9,424 bases of DNA, taken from the IMG/VR virus record IMGVR_UViG_2563366805_000008; one strand, 5' to 3'. Every line of letters begins with the position of its first letter. The stretch's first letter is position 1. Of this stretch, positions 1 through 7,264 are shown in pieces. The position numbers and the translations under genes are program-made. The notes below the pieces were generated by a model. The model was not told where the DNA came from and ran no database searches. It worked only from the letters and a program-made list of their open reading frames with translations. This DNA comes from a virus (taxonomy: Duplodnaviria > Heunggongvirae > Uroviricota > Caudoviricetes).

Positions 1-111
1 GTAATAATCACTTTTTCAACCGTGCTATAGTAAGAAAGTTAGGTAAGTACAATAAAAGTATCTATCCTGAACGAAGCGTCCTGAGCTATGGTTTTACTAT
101 AGGGACTGCCA

Positions 112-435
112 ATGGATGCTGGCGTTCTCGTTCTAGCAGTTCAACAATTCCCAATCACAAAACAATTCACTGATAACGAACTTTGCACACTCGCCTGGTT
201 ATGGCGAGCAGGGAATGTGATGTTAATTGCCTACCAGAACGTTACTCATCTTCTTCAGGATGCGGAGCATGGTGAGGCTGGTCACTTCACTTCCATCGAG
301 CAAGAATATCCCCAGATACTCAACAGAGCGCGAGCAATCCTCGCCCGAGAAACGGCACATGTAAAACTTCAGCCGTGGCAGGATGATAAGTGGAGTCGAG
401 TATTGCCGCATTTACCTCAGAATCTGTTTCAATAA
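112..435 (+). CDS. hypothetical protein (107 aa), no family recognised
   Basis: Open frame from ATG 112 to TAA 433-435; in-frame stop TAG at 100-102 just upstream, so it is not the tail of a longer gene in this frame. G+C looks near the local average. No motif I can assign. No obvious Shine-Dalgarno checked. Confidence 0.35.
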   Translation: MDAGVLVLAVQQFPITKQFTDNELCTLAWLWRAGNVMLIAYQNVTHLLQDAEHGEAGHFTSIEQEYPQILNRARAILARETAHVKLQPWQDDKWSRVLPHLPQNLFQ

Positions 436-453
436 AGGCGCTAGTTAGTAAGG

Positions 454-479
454 CTTCCGTCATTCTGCGATGACGGAAG
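454..479. other. perfect 10-bp inverted repeat / stem-loop (CTTCCGTCAT-tctgcg-ATGACGGAAG)
   Basis: Read directly: 454-463 is the reverse complement of 470-479, 6-nt loop. No U-tract on either strand, so more likely an operator-type palindrome or RNA structure than an intrinsic terminator. Confidence 0.4.
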
Positions 480-548
480 TGCGGGCTGCGTACGGGAGAG
501 CAATTGTATGAATAATATAAATATTCCGCTCACTCCATATAGCGATTT

Positions 549-595
549 CTGATACAAACTTATCTATTGTGGTAAAATTATAGAAACAAACTTAT
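549..595 (+). promoter_or_regulatory. candidate sigma70 promoter for the HNH gene: -35 CTGATA (549-554), 18-bp spacer, extended -10 TGgTAAAAT (570-578), flanked by direct repeats ACAAACTTAT (554-563 and 586-595)
   Basis: Pattern match by eye only. The TG lies at the -15/-14 positions relative to the TAAAAT hexamer. The two 10-bp direct repeats are 32 bp apart and bracket the -10 element. Confidence 0.3.
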
Positions 596-609
596 AGCGT
601 ACTAACCAT

Positions 610-1392
610 ATGGACAATATTAATAAACACGGGCTCTCAAGAAGAATACCTGAGACAATAAAACGTCAGATAAGGCAAAGGTGCGGCTTTGGCTGTGTAA
701 TTTGTGGATTTGGATTTTATGATTATGAGCATTTTAAACCTGACTTCGTTGATGCCAAAATACATGATCCGAATGGAATGACACTTCTTTGCTCCCAATG
801 CAATCAAAAAAGAGCTCGTGGTAGACTTTCAGCACAGACAGTGGAAATAGCTGACAGAAATCCCAAGTGCTTACAGGCTGGTTTTGCAAATGAAATGTTT
901 GATTTTCATAATGAGCCTATAACAGTAAAATTTGCAGGAGTGACGTTTCATAACTGTCAAAATTTGATTGTAGTCAACGAACAACCCATTCTTTCTGTGA
1001 AACCTTCACCCATACCACATGGACCGATGCTTTTATCAGGAATTTTCTGTAATTCTATTGGTAAGGAGACTTTACTGATAGATGAAAATGAATGGAAAGC
1101 TAAATCAGACAATTGGGATGTGGAGTGTACCGGCCCGCGTATAACAATACGACGTGGGCCAGGAGAGTTTGCCCTCGTTCTAAAAATGGAACCTCCAACA
1201 GGATTGATTGTTGAGCGTCTTGATATGTTGTATGAAGGGGTCAGGATGAAAGGAGATAAAGATCTGCTGGAAGTTTCGATTAATGGAGGTCCCTTGCACA
1301 GATGGCAATCATGCTCAATGTCAAATTGCCATACAGGGCTTGCGATTCAGGGCGGTATTAGAGCTGCTAATGATCCTTTGTATTGCGCCTAA
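610..1392 (+). CDS. HNH (His-Me finger) nuclease domain protein with uncharacterised ~190-aa C-terminal domain (260 aa)
   Basis: ORF 610-1392. N-terminal ~70 aa carry an HNH zinc-finger layout: C25-x3-C29-x2-C32, Y-E-H41, D-P-N55-G, L-L-C61-x2-C64-N65. Residues ~75-260 match nothing I recognise. Visibly AT-rich with rare codons (AGA, AGG, ATA); my hand count of the first 60 nt gives about 37% G+C versus about 48% for the start of rusA. Weak Shine-Dalgarno. Confidence 0.75.
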   Translation: MDNINKHGLSRRIPETIKRQIRQRCGFGCVICGFGFYDYEHFKPDFVDAKIHDPNGMTLLCSQCNQKRARGRLSAQTVEIADRNPKCLQAGFANEMFDFHNEPITVKFAGVTFHNCQNLIVVNEQPILSVKPSPIPHGPMLLSGIFCNSIGKETLLIDENEWKAKSDNWDVECTGPRITIRRGPGEFALVLKMEPPTGLIVERLDMLYEGVRMKGDKDLLEVSINGGPLHRWQSCSMSNCHTGLAIQGGIRAANDPLYCA

Positions 1393-1434
1393 ATCCACTA
1401 AATTGATTTTCAACAATCAACTTGCCATAATTAA

Positions 1435-1471
1435 GTCACCGGAGTTTGAACTCCTCCGGTGACTTCTGCGC
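1435..1471 (+). terminator. putative intrinsic terminator after the HNH gene (GTCACCGGAG-tttgaactc-CTCCGGTGAC then TTCTG)
   Basis: 10-bp perfect stem read directly at 1435-1463. The downstream T-tract is short (TTCTGCG); the reverse strand has TTAATTATGG after the stem, so it may act in either direction. Confidence 0.45.
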
Positions 1472-1584
1472 TAAACGGGGACGTTTATGCGCACATACAA
1501 TCCAACCTCTCTTCTCCATTCACAGATGCAGAAATGCACCTGCGATATTTTGCATCCAGCGTTTGATCTCTGCGGAGATGAAGC

Positions 1585-2040
1585 GTGAACCTCCCACAAG
1601 ATGGTATCAAATTGCATCGCGGTAACTTCACCGCTATCGGTCGGCAGATCCAGCCTTATCTGGAGGACGGCAAATGCTTTCGCATGGTGCTTAAACCGTG
1701 GCGCGAGAGACGCAGTCTTTCCCAGAATGCACTCAGCCACATGTGGTACAGCGAAATCAGTGAATACCTCATCAGCAAGGGTAAAACGTTCGCTACTCCA
1801 GCTTGGGTAAAAGATGCTCTCAAACACACATATCTCGGTTATGAAACCAAAGACCTGGTTGATGTCGTAACCGGTGATATCACCACTATCCAGTCGTTAC
1901 GCCATACCTCCGATCTTGATACCGGAGAGATGTATGTCTTCCTGTGTAAGGTTGAAGCCTGGGCGATGAATATTGGTTGCCACCTGACTATTCCACAGAG
2001 CTGCGAGTTTCAGCTGCTGCGCGACAAGCAGGAGGCGTAA
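1585..2040 (+). CDS. ybcN: NinB-family protein, YbcN-like (151 aa), GTG start
   Basis: Translation matches my recollection of DLP12 YbcN and shares the RSLSQN motif with lambda NinB. In-frame TGA at 1579-1581 forces the GTG 1585 start; GGAG at 1574-1577 as RBS. Stop TAA 2038-2040 overlaps the ninE ATG. Confidence 0.85.
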   Translation: MNLPQDGIKLHRGNFTAIGRQIQPYLEDGKCFRMVLKPWRERRSLSQNALSHMWYSEISEYLISKGKTFATPAWVKDALKHTYLGYETKDLVDVVTGDITTIQSLRHTSDLDTGEMYVFLCKVEAWAMNIGCHLTIPQSCEFQLLRDKQEA

Positions 2041-2210
2041 TGGCTACACCGCTTATTCGTGTCATGAACGGACACATCTACAGAGTACCAAATCGTCGTA
2101 AGCGTAAACCTGAGCTGAAGCCATCCGAAATACCAACACTGCTCGGATATACCGCCAGCTTGGTTGATAAAAAATGGTTGCGACTGGCAGCAAGGAGGAG
2201 TCATGGCTGA
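2040..2210 (+). CDS. ninE: NinE protein (56 aa)
   Basis: ATG 2040 overlaps the preceding TAA (TAATG). AGGAGG at 2027-2032. C-terminus YTASLVDKKWLRLAARR resembles lambda NinE. Below the ORF-track size cut-off as an independent ORF but present inside the 1977-2210 frame. Confidence 0.8.
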   Translation: MATPLIRVMNGHIYRVPNRRKRKPELKPSEIPTLLGYTASLVDKKWLRLAARRSHG

Positions 2211-2493
2211 TTTGAGAAAAGCAGCGCGTGGTCGGGAATGCCAGGTAAGAATCCCTGGCGTATGTAATGGCAACCCTGAAACGTCTGTACTGGCACATAT
2301 CCGGCTGGCTGGATTGTGCGGTACCGGTATCAAACCGCCAGACCTGATTGCCACCATTGCATGTTCTGCCTGCCACGACGAAATCGACCGCCGCACACAT
2401 TTTGTCGATGCTGCATATGCAAAAGAATGCGCGCTGGAAGGTATGGCGAGAACACAGGTTATCTGGCTGAAAGAGGGGGTTATTAAGGCGTGA
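2203..2493 (+). CDS. ybcO: YbcO-like protein (DUF1364, putative zinc-binding nuclease; 96 aa)
   Basis: Start ATG 2203 ([14 protein letters not shown]...) preceded by AAGGAGGA at 2193-2200; overlaps the ninE stop by 8 nt. Cys/His-rich. Matches remembered DLP12 YbcO. Confidence 0.85.
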   Translation: MADLRKAARGRECQVRIPGVCNGNPETSVLAHIRLAGLCGTGIKPPDLIATIACSACHDEIDRRTHFVDAAYAKECALEGMARTQVIWLKEGVIKA

Positions 2494-2852
2494 ATACCTA
2501 CAGCATCACATTACCCTGGCCTCCGAGCAATAATCGCTATTACCGCCATAATCGCGGGCGCACGCACATCAGCGCAGAGGGGCAGGCATACCGCGATAAC
2601 GTCGCCCGAATCATTAAAAACGCAATGCTGGATATCGGCCTGGCTATGCCTGTGAAAATCCGCATTGAGTGCCACATGCCGGATCGCCGTCGCCGTGACC
2701 TGGATAATCTGCAAAAAGCCGCTTTTGACGCACTCACTAAAGCAGGTTTCTGGCTGGATGATGCTCAGGTCGTTGATTACCGCGTTGTGAAGATGCCTGT
2801 TACCAAAGGTGGGAGGCTGGAACTGACCATCACCGAAATGGGGAATGAATGA
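2490..2852 (+). CDS. rusA: RusA Holliday-junction resolvase (120 aa), GTG start
   Basis: [24 protein letters not shown]... matches remembered E. coli RusA. GTG 2490 overlaps the ybcO TGA (GTGA); GAGGGGG RBS at 2473-2479. Confidence 0.9.
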   Translation: MNTYSITLPWPPSNNRYYRHNRGRTHISAEGQAYRDNVARIIKNAMLDIGLAMPVKIRIECHMPDRRRRDLDNLQKAAFDALTKAGFWLDDAQVVDYRVVKMPVTKGGRLELTITEMGNE

Positions 2853-2989
2853 TGTTTGAGTTTTATATGGCAGAACTTCTTCGCCACCGCTGGGGGCATC
2901 TGCGCTTATATCGTTTCCCCGGTTCTGTTTTGACCGATTACCGAATACTGAAGAATTACGCCAAAACCCTGACAGGAGCAGGAGTATGA
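2849..2989 (+). CDS. ylcG: YlcG-like small protein (46 aa)
   Basis: Hand translation: [46 protein letters not shown], stop TGA 2987-2989. ATG 2849 overlaps the rusA stop (ATGA). Not in the ORF track because it is under 60 aa. Confidence 0.6.
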   Translation: MMFEFYMAELLRHRWGHLRLYRFPGSVLTDYRILKNYAKTLTGAGV

Positions 2990-3074
2990 AGTCAGAGATA
3001 ACAATCAACTAATACTGTTTTGTTGATTTTTGCTTGTGATTGGCGTTCTGGTCTGATTTTTGTGGAGTAAGTTG

Positions 3075-3458
3075 ATGCGTGATATTCAGATGGTTCTTGA
3101 GCGTTGGGGAGCGTGGGCGGCTAATAATCATGAAGATGTGACCTGGTCGTCCATTGCCGCCGGTTTTAAGGGATTAATTCCTTCAAAAGTAAAATCTCGC
3201 CCGCAATGTTGTGACGATGACGCGATGATCATTTGCGGGTGCATGGCCCGTCTGAAAAAGAACAACAGCGATTTGCACGATTTATTAGTAGATTATTATG
3301 TAGTCGGTATGACATTCATGTCACTGGCAGGTAAGCATTGCTGCTCTGATGGTTATATCGGGAAAAGGTTACAGAAGGCTGAGGGCATAATTGAAGGGAT
3401 GTTAATGGCATTAGATATCCGGTTAGAGATGGATATCGTTGTTAATAACTCTAATTAA
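3075..3458 (+). CDS. quuD: late-gene antiterminator Q (QuuD-like, 127 aa)
   Basis: [24 protein letters not shown]... with Cys-rich zinc-finger region. ATG 3075 preceded by GGAG at 3064-3067. The ORF track's upstream start at 3060 is a TTG with no RBS. Confidence 0.85.
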   Translation: MRDIQMVLERWGAWAANNHEDVTWSSIAAGFKGLIPSKVKSRPQCCDDDAMIICGCMARLKKNNSDLHDLLVDYYVVGMTFMSLAGKHCCSDGYIGKRLQKAEGIIEGMLMALDIRLEMDIVVNNSN

Positions 3459-3597
3459 TATGCCAATTGTTTACTAAAAATTATTAAAAATGGGGCGTTG
3501 AGACGCCCCCAAAAATAAAGGGTAATATATAACAGAAGGTTTATATAGTTAGAAGCAAGGTTGTGCTTCTAAAGGAAGTGGCTTGAGGGAGCCACTT
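3459..3597 (+). promoter_or_regulatory. putative late promoter PR'/qut interval downstream of Q
   Basis: By lambdoid architecture PR' lies just 3' of Q and upstream of tR'. Candidate -35 TTGAGA (3498-3503) and -10 TAATAT (3523-3528) with a non-optimal 19-bp spacer. Two further hairpins at 3549-3572 and 3576-3597 resemble the structured 6S-like leader. Exact promoter position not resolved. Confidence 0.35.
3485..3509 (-). terminator. putative intrinsic terminator for the minus-strand porin transcript (GGGGCGT-ctca-ACGCCCC followed by ATTTTT on the minus strand)
   Basis: 7-bp GC-rich stem at 3492-3509 read directly; on the minus strand it is followed by a T5 run. Lies about 140 nt downstream of the porin stop. 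Confidence 0.4.
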
Positions 3598-3638
3598 ATA
3601 TGTTGGGGAGGCAACGCCTCCCGCAACATATCTTTTTC
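3598..3638 (+). terminator. tR'-like intrinsic terminator of the short late leader transcript
   Basis: ATATGTTG-GGGAGGC-aac-GCCTCCC-g-CAACATAT (3598-3631) followed by CTTTTTC (3632-3638). Strong GC-rich stem plus T-run on the + strand, about 140 nt after the Q stop. Confidence 0.6.
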
Positions 3639-3647
3639 GTAATCAGA

Positions 3648-4745
3648 TTAGAACTGGTAAACCAGACCTACAGCAACGATGTCATCAGTGCTTACACCGA
3701 GTGCTTTAGTGAAGTCATTTTTGTCAAGCAGGTTGATTTTGTAATCAACGAAAGTAGACATATTTTTGTTGAAGTAATAGGTTGCACCTACATCAACATA
3801 TTTGACTAAGTCCTGATCGCCCCATACTCCAAGATCTTTACCTTTAGATTGCAGGTAAGCAACGGACGGACGCAGACCGAAATCGAACTGATATTGTGCA
3901 ACAGCTTCGAAGTTTTGGGCTTTATTAGCAACGAAGTGATCAGCAAATACAGTCATATTCTGGGTTTCAGAATAGGTAGTGGCCAGGTAAATGTTGTTAG
4001 CGTCATATTTCAGACCTGCGGCCCAAACTTCTGCATTTTTACCGGAAGCAAATACTTCAGGAAGAACTTTCCCTGCATTAACTTGAGTGTCGGTACGATC
4101 AGATTTCGCATAAGTTGCACCGATACCGAATCCTTCGTATTCATAGGTAGCAGAGAAACCGAAGCCATCACCGTTACCTTCAGTGTAGTTATCGAAATCG
4201 CTACGATCGTTTTTGCCTTGGTACTGAGCAGCAAAGTTCAGACCATCAACCAGACCAAAGAAGTCGTTGTTACGATAGGTTGCAACACCAGTGGTGCGAC
4301 CAGTCATGAACACATCTGTTTGGGTCCAGGTATCGCCACCGAATTCTGGCAGAACGTCAGTCCACGCACCGATGTCGTATGCTACACCGTAGTTACGGCC
4401 GTAATCGATTGAGCCGTAGTCACCGAATTTCAGGCCTGCAAATGCAAGACGGGTTTTGTCTTTGGAGGAACCTTGAGATTCAGCGCGGTTGCCTTTGAAT
4501 TCATATTCCCACTGACCGAAACCAGTCAGTTGATCGTTGATTTGGGTTTCACCTTTGAAGCCAAGACGGGCATAAGTAGTATCACCATCATCTGCATCAT
4601 TAGAGGAGAAGTAGTGCTTGGCATTAACTTTCCCGTACAGATCCAGCTTGTTACTGTCTTTATTATAAATTTCAGCTGCCTGAGCAGACATCGCCATCAG
4701 TACTGATGCAGCTACAGCAGAAATTGCCACTGTTAATTTTTTCAT
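3648..4745 (-). CDS. nmpC: outer-membrane porin, NmpC/OmpD/Lc family (365 aa), apparently intact
   Basis: Signal peptide [23 protein letters not shown] then AEIYNKD; general-porin motifs; C-terminal VAVGLVYQF beta-barrel signature. Uninterrupted 1098-nt ORF. RBS AAGGG upstream of ATG (plus strand 4743-4745 = CAT). Confidence 0.9.
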   Translation of the reverse strand: MKKLTVAISAVAASVLMAMSAQAAEIYNKDSNKLDLYGKVNAKHYFSSNDADDGDTTYARLGFKGETQINDQLTGFGQWEYEFKGNRAESQGSSKDKTRLAFAGLKFGDYGSIDYGRNYGVAYDIGAWTDVLPEFGGDTWTQTDVFMTGRTTGVATYRNNDFFGLVDGLNFAAQYQGKNDRSDFDNYTEGNGDGFGFSATYEYEGFGIGATYAKSDRTDTQVNAGKVLPEVFASGKNAEVWAAGLKYDANNIYLATTYSETQNMTVFADHFVANKAQNFEAVAQYQFDFGLRPSVAYLQSKGKDLGVWGDQDLVKYVDVGATYYFNKNMSTFVDYKINLLDKNDFTKALGVSTDDIVAVGLVYQF

Positions 4746-5334
4746 CGTGAGCCCTTTTTTTTGAACTATTATTAAAAAATGATGTCACTGCGCGATAAAT
4801 ATTCATCTAATCAATGTGATTATTTCAAGATGTAAGTTTTGGTTTCTCGTTTGATTTGTGAAGTAGATCTCTATTTTTATCTGAACTTTTTTCTATCGAA
4901 TCCTATTCATAGCTCTTGGCTGAATAAAAATAAATCTATTAGCCAATTTATATTAACAGCTGTTATTTATAAGTGCTCTATAATTTGAAGGTTCAATTTA
5001 AATCGGCTAAAAATAACACTGGAAATTATTTGTTGGTTATTTGTTGAGGTTTTCTTATGTATTTGTGGTGGTGTTTTGAACACTCGGTAGCATTCTCATA
5101 AATATCATTCAGTGGTTTACGTACGTAAAAAATTGGTTATGCTGTTAAGAGTGGTTACTTCGTCACACAGCTTAAACCCGCCGTCGAGCTGGTTTTTCCA
5201 TTTTTTGAGTCTCGATATTAGCTGATAACTCAATACCTGAGTTATTCACTGACTCCGAGTCTGTTACGTTTCTGCTTTTTTGCGATACGTTGTATTCCCT
5301 CAATTTACACCCGCTTTGTCTGCGAGGTGGGGTT
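4746..5334. promoter_or_regulatory. long AT-rich intergenic region upstream of the porin gene and upstream of the lysis cassette
   Basis: About 590 bp with no convincing ORF, many A/T tracts and a short inverted repeat ATAACTCA-atacc-TGAGTTAT around 5225-5245. Presumed porin promoter/regulatory region; no specific binding site could be assigned by eye. Confidence 0.3.
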
Positions 5335-5550
5335 ATGAAATCCATGGATAAGTTAACAACGGGTGTCGCCTATGGCACCTCAGCAGGTAGTGCCGGTTAC
5401 TGGTTTTTACAGCTGCTCGATAAAGTCACGCCCTCACAGTGGGCAGCAATAGGTGTGCTGGGTAGCCTGGTATTTGGCCTGCTGACGTACCTGACAAACC
5501 TTTATTTCAAGATTAAAGAAGATAAGCGCAAGGCTGCGAGAGGTGAATAA
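5335..5550 (+). CDS. essD: S21-type pinholin (71 aa) with dual-start motif MKSM
   Basis: [26 protein letters not shown]... matches the phage-21 S / EssD class. Two in-frame Met codons (M1, M4) typical of holin/antiholin pairs. RBS GAGGTGGGG at 5324-5332. Stop TAA 5548-5550 overlaps the endolysin ATG. Confidence 0.85.
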
Positions 5551-6047
5551 TGCCTCCATCATTACGAAAAGCCGTTGCTGCTGCTATTGGTGGCGGAGCA
5601 ATTGCTATAGCATCAGTGTTAATTACTGGCCCAAGTGGTAACGATGGTCTGGAAGGTGTCAGCTACATACCATACAAAGATATTGTTGGTGTATGGACTG
5701 TATGTCACGGGCATACAGGAAAAGACATCATGCTCGGTAAAACGTATACCAAAGCAGAATGCAAAGCCCTCCTGAATAAAGACCTTGCCACGGTCGCCAG
5801 ACAAATTAACCCGTACATCAAAGTCGATATACCGGAAACAATGCGCGGCGCTCTTTACTCATTCGTTTACAACGTGGGTGCTGGCAATTTCAGAACATCG
5901 ACGCTTCTTCGCAAAATAAACCAGGGCGATATCAAAGGCGCATGTGATCAGCTACGTCGCTGGACATATGCTGGCGGTAAGCAATGGAAAGGTCTCATGA
6001 CTCGTCGTGAGATTGAGCGTGAAATCTGTTTGTGGGGTCAGCAATGA
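5550..6047 (+). CDS. rrrD: SAR endolysin (R21-type lysozyme, 165 aa)
   Basis: N-terminal signal-anchor-release segment [20 protein letters not shown]; catalytic triad at E35, D44, T50 as in phage-21 R. Stop TGA 6045-6047 overlaps the Rz ATG at 6044. Confidence 0.9.
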   Translation: MPPSLRKAVAAAIGGGAIAIASVLITGPSGNDGLEGVSYIPYKDIVGVWTVCHGHTGKDIMLGKTYTKAECKALLNKDLATVARQINPYIKVDIPETMRGALYSFVYNVGAGNFRTSTLLRKINQGDIKGACDQLRRWTYAGGKQWKGLMTRREIEREICLWGQQ

Positions 6048-6505
6048 ACAGAGTAACCGCGATTATCTCCGCTCTGGTTATCTGCATCATCGTCGGCCTG
6101 TCATGGGCTGTTAATCATTACCGTGATAACGCCATTACCTACAAAGCCCAGCGCGACAAAAATGCCAGAGAACTGAAGCTGGCGAACGCGGCAATTACTG
6201 ACATGCAGATGCGTCAGCGTGATGTTGCTGCGCTCGATGCAAAATACACGAAGGAGTTAGCTGATGCGAAAGCTGAAAATGATGCTCTGCGTGATGATGT
6301 TGCCGCTGGTCGTCGTCGGTTGCACATCAAAGCAGTCTGTCAGTCAGTGCGTGAAGCCACCACCGCCTCCGGCGTGGATAATGCAGCCTCCCCCCGACTG
6401 GCAGACACCGCTGAACGGGATTATTTCACCCTCAGAGAGAGGCTGATCACTATGCAAAAACAACTGGAAGGAACCCAGAAGTATATTAATGAGCAGTGCA
6501 GATAG
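6044..6505 (+). CDS. rzpD: Rz i-spanin (153 aa)
   Basis: N-terminal transmembrane segment [18 protein letters not shown] followed by a charged coiled-coil-like region. ATG 6044 overlaps the endolysin stop (ATGA). Confidence 0.85.
   Translation: MNRVTAIISALVICIIVGLSWAVNHYRDNAITYKAQRDKNARELKLANAAITDMQMRQRDVAALDAKYTKELADAKAENDALRDDVAAGRRRLHIKAVCQSVREATTASGVDNAASPRLADTAERDYFTLRERLITMQKQLEGTQKYINEQCR
6264..6446 (+). CDS. rzoD: Rz1 o-spanin lipoprotein (60 aa), embedded in the +1 frame of Rz
   Basis: Lipobox LVVVGC, proline-rich mature part ([15 protein letters not shown]). Strong SD AAGGAG at 6251-6256, 7 nt before ATG 6264. Lies entirely inside Rz. Confidence 0.8.
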   Translation: MRKLKMMLCVMMLPLVVVGCTSKQSVSQCVKPPPPPAWIMQPPPDWQTPLNGIISPSERG

Positions 6506-6536
6506 AGCTGCCCATATCGATGGGCAACTCATGCAA

Positions 6537-6830
6537 TTATTGTGAGCAATACACACGCGCTTCCAGCGGAGTATAAATGCCTAAAGTAATAAAACCGAGC
6601 AATCCATTTACGAATGTTTGCTGGGTTTCTGTTTTAACAACATTTTCTGCGCCGCCACAAATTTTGGCTGCATCAACAGTTTTCTCCTGTCCAATTCCCG
6701 AAACGAAGAAGTGATGGGTGATGGTTTCCTTTGGTGTTACTGCTGTCGGTTTGTTTCCAACAGTAAACGTCTGTTGAGCACATCCTGTAATAAGCATTGC
6801 CAGAGCGGCAGAAAACAACATTTTTTTCAT
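6537..6830 (-). CDS. borD: Bor lipoprotein (97 aa; Iss-like serum-resistance family)
   Basis: MKKMLFSAALAMLITGCAQQ... with lipobox ITGC; matches remembered lambda Bor / DLP12 BorD. The ORF track's longer N-terminus (from 6878) is not supported by the homologue start. Confidence 0.85.
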   Translation of the reverse strand: MKKMLFSAALAMLITGCAQQTFTVGNKPTAVTPKETITHHFFVSGIGQEKTVDAAKICGGAENVVKTETQQTFVNGLLGFITLGIYTPLEARVYCSQ

Positions 6831-7264
6831 CTTATTATCCTGCATTGTTAAAAATGGCAGAATCCTATGTGACAACAATTAAACGATAGTTAAATGGATT
6901 GATGAAAATTAAAACTATATAGGTGTACGCTCAGACTATTGGAGGAAGTTGGGGACACTCAGAATCCTGTGGAATGAAATAAACCGGTCTATCCGTCTAT
7001 TACCCTTTTAGCTGCGCTGTATCGTCGCCGTATTCCCGCATTAACCATGACCGTAGCCCGACGGGGAATTCCTTCTGCGTGAGTGTGCGGGAATAATCAA
7101 AAACGATGCACACCGGGTTTTACTGTGCTGACAGACGCAGGGTTACCCTCATAGTCGCTTTTCCGGTGCGATGGTGGAAGAAACCGGGATGTTCATCCAT
7201 CATCACTTTGGATTGATGTATATGCTCTCTTTTCTGACGTTAGTCTCCGACGGCAGGCTTCAAT

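Noticed and set aside
112-435. The upstream 107-aa ORF as a Ren homologue or the C-terminus of replication protein P
   Set aside because: The sequence does not resemble my recollection of lambda Ren or P, and an in-frame stop at 100-102 shows it is not the tail of a longer gene in this frame. Left as hypothetical.
1471-2400. Minus-strand ORFs 1471-1827, 2010-2396 and 2062-2400, and the + strand ORF 1601-1810, overlapping ybcN/ninE/ybcO
   Set aside because: They overlap the conserved nin genes, which are supported by recognisable proteins and coupled start/stop codons. Spurious.
2511-3008. 165-aa minus-strand ORF, and the nested 2540-2737 ORF, antisense to rusA/ylcG
   Set aside because: They overlap strongly supported genes on the + strand and have no motifs or translation signals. 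Spurious.
3060-3074. Upstream TTG start for Q giving a 132-aa product
   Set aside because: ATG 3075 has a correctly spaced GGAG RBS and gives the 127-aa length I recall for QuuD; the TTG has no RBS.
3849-4412. 187-aa + strand ORF, and the 4010-4234 and 4473-4706 ORFs, inside the porin gene
   Set aside because: Antisense or alternative-frame to a full-length porin with signal peptide and barrel signature; translations are low-complexity. Spurious.
4985-5010. Possible tRNA in the Q-to-S interval (GGTTCAATT resembles a T-loop)
   Set aside because: No acceptor or anticodon stems could be built and the surrounding sequence is far too AT-rich; no cloverleaf.
6510-6525. Small hairpin GCCCAT-atcg-ATGGGC between the convergent Rz and bor stops as a bidirectional terminator
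   Set aside because: Only a 6-bp stem and no U-tract on either strand; too weak to call.
6831-6878. Longer Bor N-terminus (MLSHRILPFLTMQDNK...) from the ORF track
   Set aside because: Bor homologues start at MKKM with the lipoprotein signal peptide immediately after; the extension would bury the signal peptide.
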